In this document: positions 33,138 to 43,526 of the stretch, in pieces
Layout of the letters: every line of letters starts with the position of its first letter
Numbering within the stretch: the stretch's first letter is position 1
Assembly (NCBI GenBank): GCA_963813025.1
Contig: CAWEXO010000011.1
Coordinates: 672,001-736,000 of the forward strand
Direction: 5' to 3'
Origin: an uncultured Verrucomicrobiae bacterium
Lineage (GTDB): Bacteria; Verrucomicrobiota; Verrucomicrobiia; Chthoniobacterales; JAFAMB01
Length of the DNA: 64,000 nucleotides
The notes under the pieces: generated by a model
The model's input: the letters and a program-made list of their open reading frames with translations, nothing else
Database searches by the model: none
What the model was told of the DNA's origin: nothing
Position numbers and translations under genes: made by a program

Positions 33138-34157
33138 TCAGGCGATAGGATCACTGAGCAGCTCCCAGCTGTTGGTTTTAGCCGATTGGAAAAGTGCCTC
33201 GATGGTTGCCATGTTCCGAATCGAATTTTCCAAGGGTACGGGTACTTCGAAACCCTCGCGGATACTTTTCGAGAATTGATCTCCTTGGACCGTGTACTGA
33301 TCGCAAACTGGAAGCTCCACTATCTCCGCACTGCGCCCGGAAAGATCGGTGCCGTCATCGACAAAAATCCGGCAGGGCCGATCCGGCGGAGCATTGAACG
33401 GAATTTCAATTTCGATCCGCCCTTTTGTTCCCAGGATCTGCACCCGTTGGTAAGGCACGAGTTGAGTGCCGCAGGTAAAGACACAATGACCTGACGGAAA
33501 TTGCAGAAGCGCCGAACTAAGGCGATCGGTGCCCATCTCCGGATCTCGTTCGATGAGACCGGCGACTCGCATTGGTTCTTCGCTAAAGATCAAGCGCGAG
33601 GTGAAAACCAGGTAGCAGCCAATGTCCAGGAGCGCTCCACCGCCATAATCCGCGATGTTCCGGATATTTTTGGGATCCTGGTTCAAGTAGCTAAATCCGC
33701 CGATGATGGAGCGAACCGGTCCAATCCGGCCGCTCCGAACGAGATTGAATGCCTTGAGCCACTGGGGATGGGTGCGCACCATAAACGCTTCCCCGATTTT
33801 CCGGTTGGTACGGTCCCGGACAGCCAGGAGAGACAACGCTTCTTTAACCGTTAGGCTGATCGGCTTTTCGCAAAGCACATGCTTACCGGCCTCCGCCGCT
33901 TTGATCGACCACGGCACATGAAGATGATTCGGAAGCGGATTGTAGATCGCCTCGATTTTGGGATCAGCTAATAATTCTTCGTACGAGCCATAGATTTTCT
34001 CGATGCCCAATGCTTCTGCGATCGGTCGAGCTTTGTCTGGGGCTCGTGAAGCGAGCGCAACCACTCGTGAGTACTCACCTTTCTGCATGGCGGGAATAAC
34101 CTTCTGCAGAGCGATTTTCGCGGCCCCAAGCACACCCCAACTGACTTTATCATTCAT
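33138..34157 (-). CDS. Gfo/Idh/MocA family oxidoreductase
   Basis: WGVLGAAKIA, YNPLPNHLH, HVLCEKP, GGALLDIGCY. Confidence 0.95.
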   Translation of the reverse strand: MNDKVSWGVLGAAKIALQKVIPAMQKGEYSRVVALASRAPDKARPIAEALGIEKIYGSYEELLADPKIEAIYNPLPNHLHVPWSIKAAEAGKHVLCEKPISLTVKEALSLLAVRDRTNRKIGEAFMVRTHPQWLKAFNLVRSGRIGPVRSIIGGFSYLNQDPKNIRNIADYGGGALLDIGCYLVFTSRLIFSEEPMRVAGLIERDPEMGTDRLSSALLQFPSGHCVFTCGTQLVPYQRVQILGTKGRIEIEIPFNAPPDRPCRIFVDDGTDLSGRSAEIVELPVCDQYTVQGDQFSKSIREGFEVPVPLENSIRNMATIEALFQSAKTNSWELLSDPIA

Positions 34158-34617
34158 GGTGTTCTTGTTACTTCGATTGACTCAACACTACCAGAAGATA
34201 ACTGCAATAATCAGGGTTGCGACATTGGCTTTCCGGACAAAACAAAAAAAACTGGTTAACAGAAGGTCACAAAGGTCGCAGCGCGGGCGTAGCCGCAACC
34301 AAAGCGGCCGCGCAGTCCACGGACAGGCTGGAAGCCTGTGCCACTTTTCCACCCTGACACCGGCATCTTGCCCGTGAACCTTCAAACTGTTCAGCTCCTC
34401 GCAAATCCTCGCAGGAAAACAACATTTTCACGGACAGTAGTACAAAAGATGAAAGATTTGATGCTTCTTCTTTGCGATCTCTGCGACCTCCTGTTCAAGC
34501 TACTATTTCTTATCGTCTTGGGATCTCACTCAGTCCACGATAAAGGTTCACCAGGCATCTCGGAGCCCACACAAGATCGGAAGAACTCGATCCATCCGCA
34601 CGAGATTCGCTCCGCGA

Positions 34618-35850
34618 TCAGGCGGCTAAGACGTCATTGACGGGGATCCCGCGCAAGTCGAATACCCGGAAGATAGTCTCCTCGATCAGGTTATTCGGGC
34701 AGGACGCTCCGGCCGTAATGCCGATCGTTAACGGCCCGGCCGGGAGCCAATTCTCGGTCACAATCTCGGATTTGAGATGGAGATCATAATGAGTGATGTG
34801 CGCACTGCTGGTCAGCTTGTCCGCACCCTTGATGAAGTAGGTGGGCAGTTTGGCTTCGCCCATCTCCGCCAGATGCGAAGTGTTGGAACTGTTATAGCCT
34901 CCGACTACGAGGAGCAGATCCATCCGTTCCTTTAAAAGCTGGTATAGCGCATCCTGCCGCTCCTGGGTAGCGCCGCAAATCGTGTCGAAAAATCGGAAGT
35001 TCTTTGCTCCCTCCGCGGGGCCGTCCCGATCCAGAATCGCCTGCCGGATTCGCCGCTGCACTTCTTCGGTCTCGCCGCGCAGCATCGTCGTCTGATTCGC
35101 TACGCCGATCGCGCGGAGGTCGCGGTCCGGATCGAAATCCGGCGAATGAGCATTGCGGAAGCGTTCCAGAAAGGCTTCCTTGCTTCCCCCGTACCGGATG
35201 TAATCGCAGACATAATCGGTATCGGCCAGCGTGAGCACCACGAGATAATGTCCTCCGCCTGCACCCAACGCCCGCGAGGCGGTCGCTTTCGTCTCTTCAT
35301 GTTCGGCCTTGCCATGAATGATCGAGGTTACTTTTTCGACCGCGTTCTGCCGGACCCGCTTCCAGACACTCATCACATCGCCGCAAGTCGTGTCCACAAT
35401 CTGACAGCCGCAAGCGCGGATCCGGGAGAGTGTCTCCAGATCAGTTCCAAAAGCTGGAACGATCACGATGTCGTCTGCTCGCAAATCGGCAATCTCGGCT
35501 TCTTTCTGCAAGCCGATGAGATTCTTGATGCCCATTGCGGCGATCTGCTCGTTGACCAGCGGGTTGTGAATGATCTCGCCGAGAATAAACAAGCGACGAT
35601 CAGCAAAGACTCGCCTGGCCGCATAAGCCAAGTCAATCGCCCGTTCGACACCGTAGCAAAAGCCAAACTGTTTGGCGAGGAGCATGGTGGTGTCGCGGAC
35701 CGTCAGAATGCCGCCGGTAGCGCGCAATCGCTCGACGATCACGCTGCGATAGTGCGACTCGACTTGCTCCTGGACGCGGGTCATGACGTCCGGAGTGCGG
35801 AGATTAATTTTCTTAGGATGGACGGCTGCAGAGGAGGAAGGCGTAGGCAT
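34618..35850 (-). CDS. ispH: 4-hydroxy-3-methylbut-2-enyl diphosphate reductase
   Basis: GFCYGVERA, EIIHNP, VDTTC, NQTTM, DTICGATQERQ, SSNT, TAGASCP. Confidence 0.95.
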   Translation of the reverse strand: MPTPSSSAAVHPKKINLRTPDVMTRVQEQVESHYRSVIVERLRATGGILTVRDTTMLLAKQFGFCYGVERAIDLAYAARRVFADRRLFILGEIIHNPLVNEQIAAMGIKNLIGLQKEAEIADLRADDIVIVPAFGTDLETLSRIRACGCQIVDTTCGDVMSVWKRVRQNAVEKVTSIIHGKAEHEETKATASRALGAGGGHYLVVLTLADTDYVCDYIRYGGSKEAFLERFRNAHSPDFDPDRDLRAIGVANQTTMLRGETEEVQRRIRQAILDRDGPAEGAKNFRFFDTICGATQERQDALYQLLKERMDLLLVVGGYNSSNTSHLAEMGEAKLPTYFIKGADKLTSSAHITHYDLHLKSEIVTENWLPAGPLTIGITAGASCPNNLIEETIFRVFDLRGIPVNDVLAA

Positions 35851-35908
35851 CGGCGGAAACTAAACGAGTCTAAACGAGCCTAACCGAGTTTGCCCGGCCA
35901 TGCAGCTG

Positions 35909-36589
35909 TTAAGTTTGCGGAACGAGCAGCGGTCCCGGAATCGGAGCAAAAGCCTTGTCAGAGGTCAGGATCGCCGCCGGAAGATCCGGGTCATTGTAAT
36001 CAGCGGGACGAGGCGCGGTTTTGCCGATCGTAGCGTCCTCGGGTTGACTGCGCGCAATGTTCACGGGCGTACCGATATGGACCAGTGCGAAAAATTTAGG
36101 AGCGGCTTGCGGATGGAGACGCAAACAACCATGTGAGTGAGGGATTGGCCAGACAGCGCCCTGATGGAACCCGTAAGCCGGCTTGAATCCAACCCAGTAA
36201 GCCATCGGATAACCGACATAATGATAACCGGGACCAGGTTTGTGATCGCTGGTACCAACTCGGAAGTCGTTGCCGCGGACCCAGAATCCATAACTGCTCG
36301 ACCGTTTTCGCGGGATCTTTTCAGTAACGCGATAAGAGCCCGTCGGCGTAACCGCGCCCGCCTTCCCGATCGTGGTTGGAGTGACCAGCAGCGGACGATT
36401 GCCTTCCATGACATAGACCATGCGATTTTCCAGGGAAACCTTGACGCGAACGTTGTCCGGATTTTTCGGCTTATAAGCCACGACCGTGTAAGGCTTTTTT
36501 CCCAGTGTTAATGGAGTATTGCAACCGGTCAGCAAGACGGATCCTGCGAGACCAAGCAAGGCGAGGGTGCGAAGGCAAATACTTCTCAT
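35909..36589 (-). CDS. L,D-transpeptidase (YkuD) lipoprotein
   Basis: Lipobox LTGC; YGFHQG...SHGCLRL. Confidence 0.9.
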   Translation of the reverse strand: MRSICLRTLALLGLAGSVLLTGCNTPLTLGKKPYTVVAYKPKNPDNVRVKVSLENRMVYVMEGNRPLLVTPTTIGKAGAVTPTGSYRVTEKIPRKRSSSYGFWVRGNDFRVGTSDHKPGPGYHYVGYPMAYWVGFKPAYGFHQGAVWPIPHSHGCLRLHPQAAPKFFALVHIGTPVNIARSQPEDATIGKTAPRPADYNDPDLPAAILTSDKAFAPIPGPLLVPQT

Positions 36590-36617
36590 ACGGGCTGAAT
36601 TGGGTCTATTTTAGCGG

Positions 36618-37670
36618 ATGCCGGGAATTTGCAAGAAGCAAAAATGGTCAGAGGAAGCCGGACCAAAACCATTTACTGATCTCAAGCGGATCCGGTATTG
36701 GTTTGAATGGATCGGTGTCAGTTTCTTTGCGAGGCTCATTCCCAGCCTGCCGCTGCCTTTGGTGCGCTTACTGGCCAGCTTGGCTGGAGCGCTCTATTAT
36801 CGCTTCGATGCCAAAACGCGTGCCGTAATCCGGGCAAATCTGAAAGCGGCTCTGGGTGAAAGCCGGTCTGCGGCGGAACGCGAAGACATCGGACGAAAGT
36901 CCGTACAGATATTTGCGCGCAGCTTTCTCGAGCTCTTTTGGACGCCTCGGCTGAATCTCCGGAACCTGTCGAAAGTGGCTTCTTTCGAAGAGCCGGCCGC
37001 GTTCGCGCAGATGATGGCCGAGGGGCGTCAGGCCGCTATTTTCGTGACCATGCATTTTGGTAATTTTGAATGGGGCAGCGCACTGCTCGGCTTCAATGGC
37101 TGTCCCGGGCAGGTGCTGACCCAACGCTTTAAGAACGATCGCCTGACTCCGATCTTCGCCCGCTTCCGCGAAATCTCCGGTTCTAAAGTGATCACGCGCG
37201 AACGCTCTATGATTCGCTTATTGAAGCTGGTGCGCCAACGGAAAACGGTTGGCATTTTGGTTGATCTCACGCTGAAGATGGAAGATCCCGGAATGATCAT
37301 CGACGTTTTCGGCATGAAAATGCGGACGACGTTGCTCCATGCGGTGTTGCACCGGCGGACCGGCGTCCCGATCCAGCCCTTCCTTACGCTGCCGCGAGCT
37401 GATGGAGGATGGCTCGTGCGCTTGTTCCCGCCGCTGAGCTTCCCCGCCGGGGCGTCCGATCAGGAGATCGTGCAGGCTTGTTGGGACCTGTTCGAGCCCG
37501 TGATCCGGCAGTACCCCGAGCAATGGCTATGGAGCTATAAACATTGGCGTTATCGCCCTGCTTTAGCGGAGCGGACTTATCCGTTTTACGCCAAGGTATC
37601 GGAAGCGTTTGAAAGAGAATTGGCCGCTCAGGAGAGGGCCTCTGAGGAAGGCGCGTGCAGCTCCTCCTGA
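36618..37670 (+). CDS. Lipid A late acyltransferase (LpxL/HtrB family)
   Basis: HFGNFEW, GILVD, IRQYPEQWLWSYKHW. Confidence 0.88.
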   Translation: MPGICKKQKWSEEAGPKPFTDLKRIRYWFEWIGVSFFARLIPSLPLPLVRLLASLAGALYYRFDAKTRAVIRANLKAALGESRSAAEREDIGRKSVQIFARSFLELFWTPRLNLRNLSKVASFEEPAAFAQMMAEGRQAAIFVTMHFGNFEWGSALLGFNGCPGQVLTQRFKNDRLTPIFARFREISGSKVITRERSMIRLLKLVRQRKTVGILVDLTLKMEDPGMIIDVFGMKMRTTLLHAVLHRRTGVPIQPFLTLPRADGGWLVRLFPPLSFPAGASDQEIVQACWDLFEPVIRQYPEQWLWSYKHWRYRPALAERTYPFYAKVSEAFERELAAQERASEEGACSSS

Positions 37671-37694
37671 GAGGCTGTCTTGCAACATTCCGCT

Positions 37695-37760
37695 GGTCCA
37701 GGACCGGTAGGGCGCAAATTCATTCGAGCGCGGTCTTTGCATTTTGCGCCTTACTATAGG
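37695..37760. repeat. REP family A, short copy (between convergent genes)
   Basis: ccggtagggcgcaaattcattcgagc...attttgcgccttac. Confidence 0.7.
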
Positions 37761-37766
37761 ACGCGT

Positions 37767-39380
37767 TTAGTGCCTTGCCTGGTCAGCAGATCTTTTCCGA
37801 TACATCTCCCGGAACGGATGTTCATCCAACAGATTCGGTTCGATGCCTCCGAATTTCACGGAGTCATAGATCTGGATTCCCATGTAGAAATAGAGGGGAC
37901 AAATCGGTGTCCCCCGGTTGAGCAGAAGATCTTCGGCTTGGGCGAAAATCTGCAAACGCTTCCGCTCGTTTGATTCGCGCGCGGCCGCTTCGATGAGGCC
38001 ATCGTAAGCGGCATCGCTCCAGCCGGTCCGGTTGTTGCCACCATGCGAGACGAAACAATCCAGGAACGTGTTTGGGTCGTTGTAATCGCCAACCCAGCTG
38101 GACCGGGCAAAATCGTAGTCAAGCCGATTCAGAGAGTTCAAATACACTTTCCATTCTTGTTTAGCCAATTGTACGTGAACGCCAAGCTCGGTCGCCAGCA
38201 TGCTCTGGATCTCGACGGCAATGTCTTCGTTGAGTTTTTTGCTGTCGTAGAGGTAGGTAACTGTCGGGAATCCCTTTCCATTCGGGTAGCCGGCGGCCGT
38301 CAGAAGTTCACGGGCGCGCTGAGGGTCGCGCTGAAACGTCTTTGGCGGTTGATACTGATGCGCTATTCCCGAAGGGGTGAAGGAGTAAGCCGGCGGTTCG
38401 CCCGCCTGAGTTATCTTGTGGACGATTCTCTCGCGATCGATGACCATTGAGAATGCTTGGCGCACCCGTGTATCGTTGAACGGCGCTCGAGTGACGTTGA
38501 AGCGGATAAAGTAAGTCCCCAAGAAAGGAGCGGCATGGAAATCAGGCCGCTTCCGTAATTCCGGAATCAGGGAGGGAGGAGTCAAACCTTTATCCAGAAT
38601 CAGGTCGGCCACCTTGGAAGCGTAGAAGTTGTAGGCGGTGATGGAATTGTCGATTGGCAGCGCGTCGATCGTTTCCAGCCGGACATGATCCCGGTCCCAG
38701 TAGGTTGGATTTTTTTTAAAGCGAATCCGGTAATTCAGACGCCAATCTTCTAGTAAGAACGGCCCGTCGTTAACCAGGTGGCCCGGTTTCAGCCATTCTT
38801 CGCCGGCCTGCTTGATGCTCGGAAGATAGACGGGCGCAAAGGTGGCAATGGCGCAAAGATCCAGAAAATACGGTGTGGGCGAGGTCAATTCGACACGCAA
38901 GGTGCGCTCGTCCAGGGCCTTGACCCCGACCTGGCCGAAATCTTTCAGCTTCCCTTCGTTGAAAGCCTGCGCGTTCACGATGTGGTAAAACAGGTAGGCG
39001 TATTCCGAAGCCGTTTCTGGCAGGAGCACGCGTCTCCAGGAATTGAGAAAGTCTTGCGCGGTGACCGGCTGCCCGTTGCTCCATTTTACTCCTGGACGGA
39101 GCTGAAAGGTGTAGGTCCGTTTGTCGTCCGAAATGACCCAGCTCTGGGCAACAGCCGGCTGTGCCTGACCAAACCGGTCGAAATGTAAGAGCCCGTCGAA
39201 CAGGGCGTAAACCAGCCGCATTTCTAGCTGGCCGGTGACCACGGCCGGATCGAGGGACTCCGGCTCTGCCCCGTTCAGGATGACTAGATCAGCCCGTTTT
39301 TCGGCCGGCTTGCATCCAGCAAGTACGAGCAGTGTCAACGCTAACCAGATCGGAAAACGAGCTCTGATCCGTCGCCGCAC
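37767..39380 (-). CDS. oppA: Oligopeptide ABC transporter substrate-binding lipoprotein
   Basis: Lipobox LAGC, EPESLDP, KWSNGQPVTAQDF, WVGDYNDP. Confidence 0.9.
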   Translation of the reverse strand: MRRRIRARFPIWLALTLLVLAGCKPAEKRADLVILNGAEPESLDPAVVTGQLEMRLVYALFDGLLHFDRFGQAQPAVAQSWVISDDKRTYTFQLRPGVKWSNGQPVTAQDFLNSWRRVLLPETASEYAYLFYHIVNAQAFNEGKLKDFGQVGVKALDERTLRVELTSPTPYFLDLCAIATFAPVYLPSIKQAGEEWLKPGHLVNDGPFLLEDWRLNYRIRFKKNPTYWDRDHVRLETIDALPIDNSITAYNFYASKVADLILDKGLTPPSLIPELRKRPDFHAAPFLGTYFIRFNVTRAPFNDTRVRQAFSMVIDRERIVHKITQAGEPPAYSFTPSGIAHQYQPPKTFQRDPQRARELLTAAGYPNGKGFPTVTYLYDSKKLNEDIAVEIQSMLATELGVHVQLAKQEWKVYLNSLNRLDYDFARSSWVGDYNDPNTFLDCFVSHGGNNRTGWSDAAYDGLIEAAARESNERKRLQIFAQAEDLLLNRGTPICPLYFYMGIQIYDSVKFGGIEPNLLDEHPFREMYRKRSADQARH

Positions 39381-39386
39381 AAAGAA

Positions 39387-39926
39387 CTATTTTGCCGGGG
39401 TACCGCTCCCCGGTGTGGGGTTTTTCGGAGGAGCAGCCATTGGTGTGGCTGGCGAAGCAGCGGGCGGGGGTGTGGTTGTGGCAGTCGCTGTGGTTACGGA
39501 TGCTGGACTAGAGGCGGACGCATGCGTCGCCAGCGGGGTTGTCAACGGTGCCGGACTGCCAGTAGCTCCAGGGTTTGCCGCAACTGCTGGTGAAGCCGCG
39601 GTAACAGCCGGAGCGGGATGCGCCGGTGCGGCGGCGCTTGCCTTTCTGGCTTCGCTTTCCAAAAGACCGACCCGCCGTTCGAGTCCTTGCCGGGCGGTCA
39701 GGACCGTCAAGAGCAATGTCACCCCGAAAAAAGCGATTCCCAGATATACCGTGGCTTTTGTCAGCACAGTTGTGGTCTGAGCGCCGAAGATGTTTTCCGT
39801 CATCCCTGAGCCGAAAGCGGCGCCCAAGCCTTCGCTGCGCGGTCTCTGCATCAACACTACAAGGGTCAAGAGGATGCAGACGATCACGAGAACCACGAGC
39901 AGGAAAGGGATGAGGATCGACAGCAT
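39387..39926 (-). CDS. secG: Preprotein translocase subunit SecG with Ala/Pro/Thr-rich tail
   Basis: VLMQRPRSEGLGAAFGSG, LTKAT; two TM segments. Confidence 0.92.
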   Translation of the reverse strand: MLSILIPFLLVVLVIVCILLTLVVLMQRPRSEGLGAAFGSGMTENIFGAQTTTVLTKATVYLGIAFFGVTLLLTVLTARQGLERRVGLLESEARKASAAAPAHPAPAVTAASPAVAANPGATGSPAPLTTPLATHASASSPASVTTATATTTPPPAASPATPMAAPPKNPTPGSGTPAK

Positions 39927-40060
39927 AAGAGCGGGAATATGTGCACTGGTTTCCGGGAAAAGCAAGTGGGTGCGCTGAGGAGCGGAGGCCAGTCCCAGTG
40001 CTCTGCTTGACACTGCGGGCTATTGGCAGCGAGACTCATTGCTGCACGAGTAAATCCTTC

Positions 40061-40873
40061 ATGGCCGAAGAGACCCAGAGAGTCACGGCACCGGACCGGC
40101 GCCAGCTGTCGGCCGCGATGAATTTCTTTTTAAAGCAGACACTTCCGCGCTTCGACGTCGAATCTTGTGCCAAGGCCATCCTTTTCACCTTGGATCAATT
40201 CTTTCCTGCGAAGTCCTTGATGGCCTATCTCTGGCATCCGGTCCATGAAGCTAATCAGCGCGTTTTTCTGCATTTGGCGGACGGCGTAGTCTCGCGCACA
40301 CTCCAGGTGTTTCCAGACGCGACGGCGATCCGTTCGGAAAAAGCACGCAAGAACTCAGATGATCTGGATTTGATCGCTCATCGTTCGCTGCAGTCATTCC
40401 GATTGGACCCGGAGGCGCATAACCTTTTGGAGCTGGCCGGTTGTCGTGGCGCGGTTGAAGGTCGTTTTCGTTATTACGGAAAGCCCTTTCTCTGGGTCAT
40501 TCTGGGCGTAGCTAATCCGCGGGTACTCCGGGAATCGGCGGCCGAGGAGTTTCTCCTGCTTTTCAGCCGGTGTTGTCTCGTCTCTTTGCACGGCGCCTAC
40601 ATTGCGGAGTCCGATGAAGGACGGGATCGGTCGCGCGAGTTGAATAACACCAATCTGAGCCTCACGCTGCAATGGTTTCACTCTGTCCTGCGCCACCTCA
40701 ATCTTGGACTGCTCGATCTGCAAACTGGTGAGAAGGCCGAGGCGCAAAGCGCCCTGGAACGTGCGTCAACGGTCGCCAGCCTCTGCCTGGCACAGCTGTT
40801 GTGGTACATGCGCGAGAGGACGGGCGCGGCATCAACTGAAGCCACGGTAGTGCGGAGTGCGGAAGAAAGCTAA
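40061..40873 (+). CDS. Hypothetical protein, possible GAF plus degenerate HisKA_3-like helical hairpin
   Basis: 270 aa ORF; C-terminal RSRELNN...LQWF...EAQSALERASTVASLCLAQL. Confidence 0.55.
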   Translation: MAEETQRVTAPDRRQLSAAMNFFLKQTLPRFDVESCAKAILFTLDQFFPAKSLMAYLWHPVHEANQRVFLHLADGVVSRTLQVFPDATAIRSEKARKNSDDLDLIAHRSLQSFRLDPEAHNLLELAGCRGAVEGRFRYYGKPFLWVILGVANPRVLRESAAEEFLLLFSRCCLVSLHGAYIAESDEGRDRSRELNNTNLSLTLQWFHSVLRHLNLGLLDLQTGEKAEAQSALERASTVASLCLAQLLWYMRERTGAASTEATVVRSAEES

Positions 40874-40876
40874 CGG

Positions 40877-41131
40877 AGTGTCAGTGCCAGTGCTGGTGCT
40901 AGAGTCAGTGCCAGTGTGTGCGGCAGGCTCAGTTCGAGCTCGACACGTTCCCGAAGCGAGAAACCTACGGGTTAAGCAGTCAGCTCCGTCGCGCGGCCGT
41001 CTCTGTTCCGAGTTGCTGGTGGACACCGATGAGATCGGACGAATGTGTAACGGATTGACCAACGTTTTGCGCCGCCCGCGATCCCGCCGACCCAACTAGC
41101 ACTGGCACTGACACTGGCACTAACACTGACT
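40877..41131 (+). repeat. MITE-like relic flanked by inverted hexamer arrays, copy 1
   Basis: (CAGTGY)n left, (RCACTR)n right; core homologous to 43283-43526. Confidence 0.85.
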
Positions 41132-41150
41132 CTGTGGTTCCGTGCTCGCC

Positions 41151-43274
41151 ATGATTCGCCTTCTGCTAGTTTTTCTGGTGACGGCCACCGTCAGCTTGGC
41201 CTCCGGTCTCCCCTATCCCGAAGCGAAGAAAGGGGATGTGGTTGACGACTATCATGGCACAAAGGTCGCCGACCCCTACCGCTGGTTGGAGGCTCTGGAT
41301 TCACCGGAAACTGGCGCCTGGATCAAAGCGCAGAATCAAATCACCGCCGGCTATCTCAGCACATTGCCCGACCGGAGCTATTTCCGGGAACAGCTCAAGA
41401 AATTCTGGAACTTTGAGCGCTACACGACTCCGATCTGGGAAGGGGGCCGCTACATTTTTCGCCGAAACGACGGGCTCCAGAATCAGAGTCTCATTTATAC
41501 GGTCCGCCAATTGCAGGACACGCCCAAGCTGGTGCTCGATCCGAATCAAATGTCCGCCGATGGAACGGTAGCAGTCACCGCTCTCGAGCTGAGTCACGAC
41601 GGCAACTTGCTGGCTTATTCCGTCGCGGCCAGTGGGTCTGATTGGACCGAGATCCACGTCCGAGATCTCACGACCAATAAAGACCGGCCAGACGTGATCA
41701 AATGGGTGAAGTTCTCCGAACCCGCCTGGACGCACGATAACCGTGGTTTTTTTTATGCGCGATTTCCCGAGGCGGTCCCCGGCCAAGACCAGACCTTTGC
41801 AGCCCTGAAAAATCAGAAGCTTTATTATCATCGCCTGGGCGATCCCCAGGAGAAAGACACCCTGATCTATGAAAGACCCGGCCAGCCGAAGGAGTTCTTC
41901 TCTGGCTACGTAACCGAAGACGGGCGCTACCTTCTCGTCTCAATCGAGTCAGATGCCGGCGAGAAAAATCTTCTTTACTACAAAGATCTCAAACAGCCCG
42001 ATCAGCCGGAGCTCACCGGACCGCTGGTTGCCTTGATCGAGAAATACGAGAACGCGTACCGGCCGGTCGAGGTGGTGGATAACCAGCTCTATGTGCAAAC
42101 CGATAAGGACGCTCCCCGCTATCGCGTGCTGCGGACCGATTTGAGTCAGCAAGATCATCAGTGGACAGAGGTCGTACCGGAAACCAAAGACCTGCTCGAA
42201 AGCGCTGACATCATCGGCGGCAAATTTGTCCTGAACTACCTGGTTGACGCCAAGAGCGAACTGAAAGTCGCCGGAATGGACGGCAAAGTCGAGCGTAGCA
42301 TCCCGCTGCCGACACTTGGCGCAGTTTCTGCGGTTTCCGGGAACGTGTCGCGGCCTGAGCTGTTTTACGCTTTCACCTCTTTTCTGTATCCGCCTACGAT
42401 TTTCCGTTACGACATTGATTCTGCCCGCAACGAGATCTTTCGCCAGCCCCAGCTGGACTTTTCACCGGACGCGTTTGAGACCGAGCAGGTCTTCTTTCAT
42501 TCGAAAGACGGCACCTCAGTCCCAATGTTCGTGGTCAAAGCTCGGGGAACGAACCTGGACGGAAAAAATCCGGTCTATCTGACCGGGTATGGCGGGTTCA
42601 ACGTTTCGATCAAACCACAGTTCTCCGTGCCCGCGCTTTGCTGGATAATAAAGGGCGGTGTCTTTGCTGTGCCGAATCTGCGGGGTGGGGGTGAATATGG
42701 GCGAACTTGGCACGAAGCTGGAATCAAGGAACGTAAGCAAAATGTGTTCGATGATTTTCGCGCGGCGGCGGAGACGCTGATTAAAGAAAAGTACACTGAA
42801 CCTGGCCGCTTGGGAATCGTGGGTGCTTCGAATGGGGGGTTATTAGTGGGAGCGACACTGACCCAGCATCCGGAACTGCTCGGTGCCGCCGTTGCGGAGG
42901 TAGGAGTCCTCGATATGCTGCGCTATCACAAATTCACCGTCGGATGGGCATGGGCGTCGGACTACGGCACATCCGATGACCCGGAAGTGTTCAAGTATCT
43001 GATTCGGTATTCCCCGCTCCAGAACGTCAAACCAGGTACTTGTTATCCCCCAACCCTGATCACGACAGCCGATCACGATGATCGGGTGTTTCCGGCGCAT
43101 TCGTTCAAGTTTGCCGCGGCTCTGCAGGCGGCGCAAAGCTGCCCTAACCCGATCGTGATCCGGATCGAAACGAAAGCCGGACACGGCAGCGGAAAGCCAT
43201 TGTCGAAGGTGATCGACGAAGAGACGGACGTACTGGCGTTTCTGTGGAAAAACCTGGCGCAACCCGCACGTTAG
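41151..43274 (+). CDS. Prolyl oligopeptidase (S9A), exported
   Basis: VADPYRWLE, GYGGFN, GASNGG (catalytic Ser), DHDDRV, AGHG. Confidence 0.96.
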   Translation: MIRLLLVFLVTATVSLASGLPYPEAKKGDVVDDYHGTKVADPYRWLEALDSPETGAWIKAQNQITAGYLSTLPDRSYFREQLKKFWNFERYTTPIWEGGRYIFRRNDGLQNQSLIYTVRQLQDTPKLVLDPNQMSADGTVAVTALELSHDGNLLAYSVAASGSDWTEIHVRDLTTNKDRPDVIKWVKFSEPAWTHDNRGFFYARFPEAVPGQDQTFAALKNQKLYYHRLGDPQEKDTLIYERPGQPKEFFSGYVTEDGRYLLVSIESDAGEKNLLYYKDLKQPDQPELTGPLVALIEKYENAYRPVEVVDNQLYVQTDKDAPRYRVLRTDLSQQDHQWTEVVPETKDLLESADIIGGKFVLNYLVDAKSELKVAGMDGKVERSIPLPTLGAVSAVSGNVSRPELFYAFTSFLYPPTIFRYDIDSARNEIFRQPQLDFSPDAFETEQVFFHSKDGTSVPMFVVKARGTNLDGKNPVYLTGYGGFNVSIKPQFSVPALCWIIKGGVFAVPNLRGGGEYGRTWHEAGIKERKQNVFDDFRAAAETLIKEKYTEPGRLGIVGASNGGLLVGATLTQHPELLGAAVAEVGVLDMLRYHKFTVGWAWASDYGTSDDPEVFKYLIRYSPLQNVKPGTCYPPTLITTADHDDRVFPAHSFKFAAALQAAQSCPNPIVIRIETKAGHGSGKPLSKVIDEETDVLAFLWKNLAQPAR

Positions 43275-43282
43275 TTAGTTAG

Positions 43283-43526
43283 GAGTGCCAGTGCCAGTGC
43301 CAGTGCTAGGTCAGTGTCAGTGTCAGTGCCGGTGTGGATGCGTACGAGAGACTCGGTTCCAGCTTGACACCTTCTCGAGGCGGGAAATGTACGGTTTAAG
43401 CAGTCAGCGCCGTCGCGCGGCCGTTTCTTCTGAGTGACCTCGCGGAGGGTACACCGAGGATATCGGACGAATGTATAACGGACTCATCAACGTCTTGCGC
43501 TGCCCGCGATCCGCCGGCACCAACTA
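43283..43526 (+). repeat. MITE-like relic copy 2, interrupted by IS630 (right hexamer array resumes at 44645-44660)
   Basis: gtgccagtgccagtgccagtgctagg...ttaagcagtcagcgccgtcgcgcggccg...atcggacgaatgtataacgga...ccaacTA. Confidence 0.85.
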
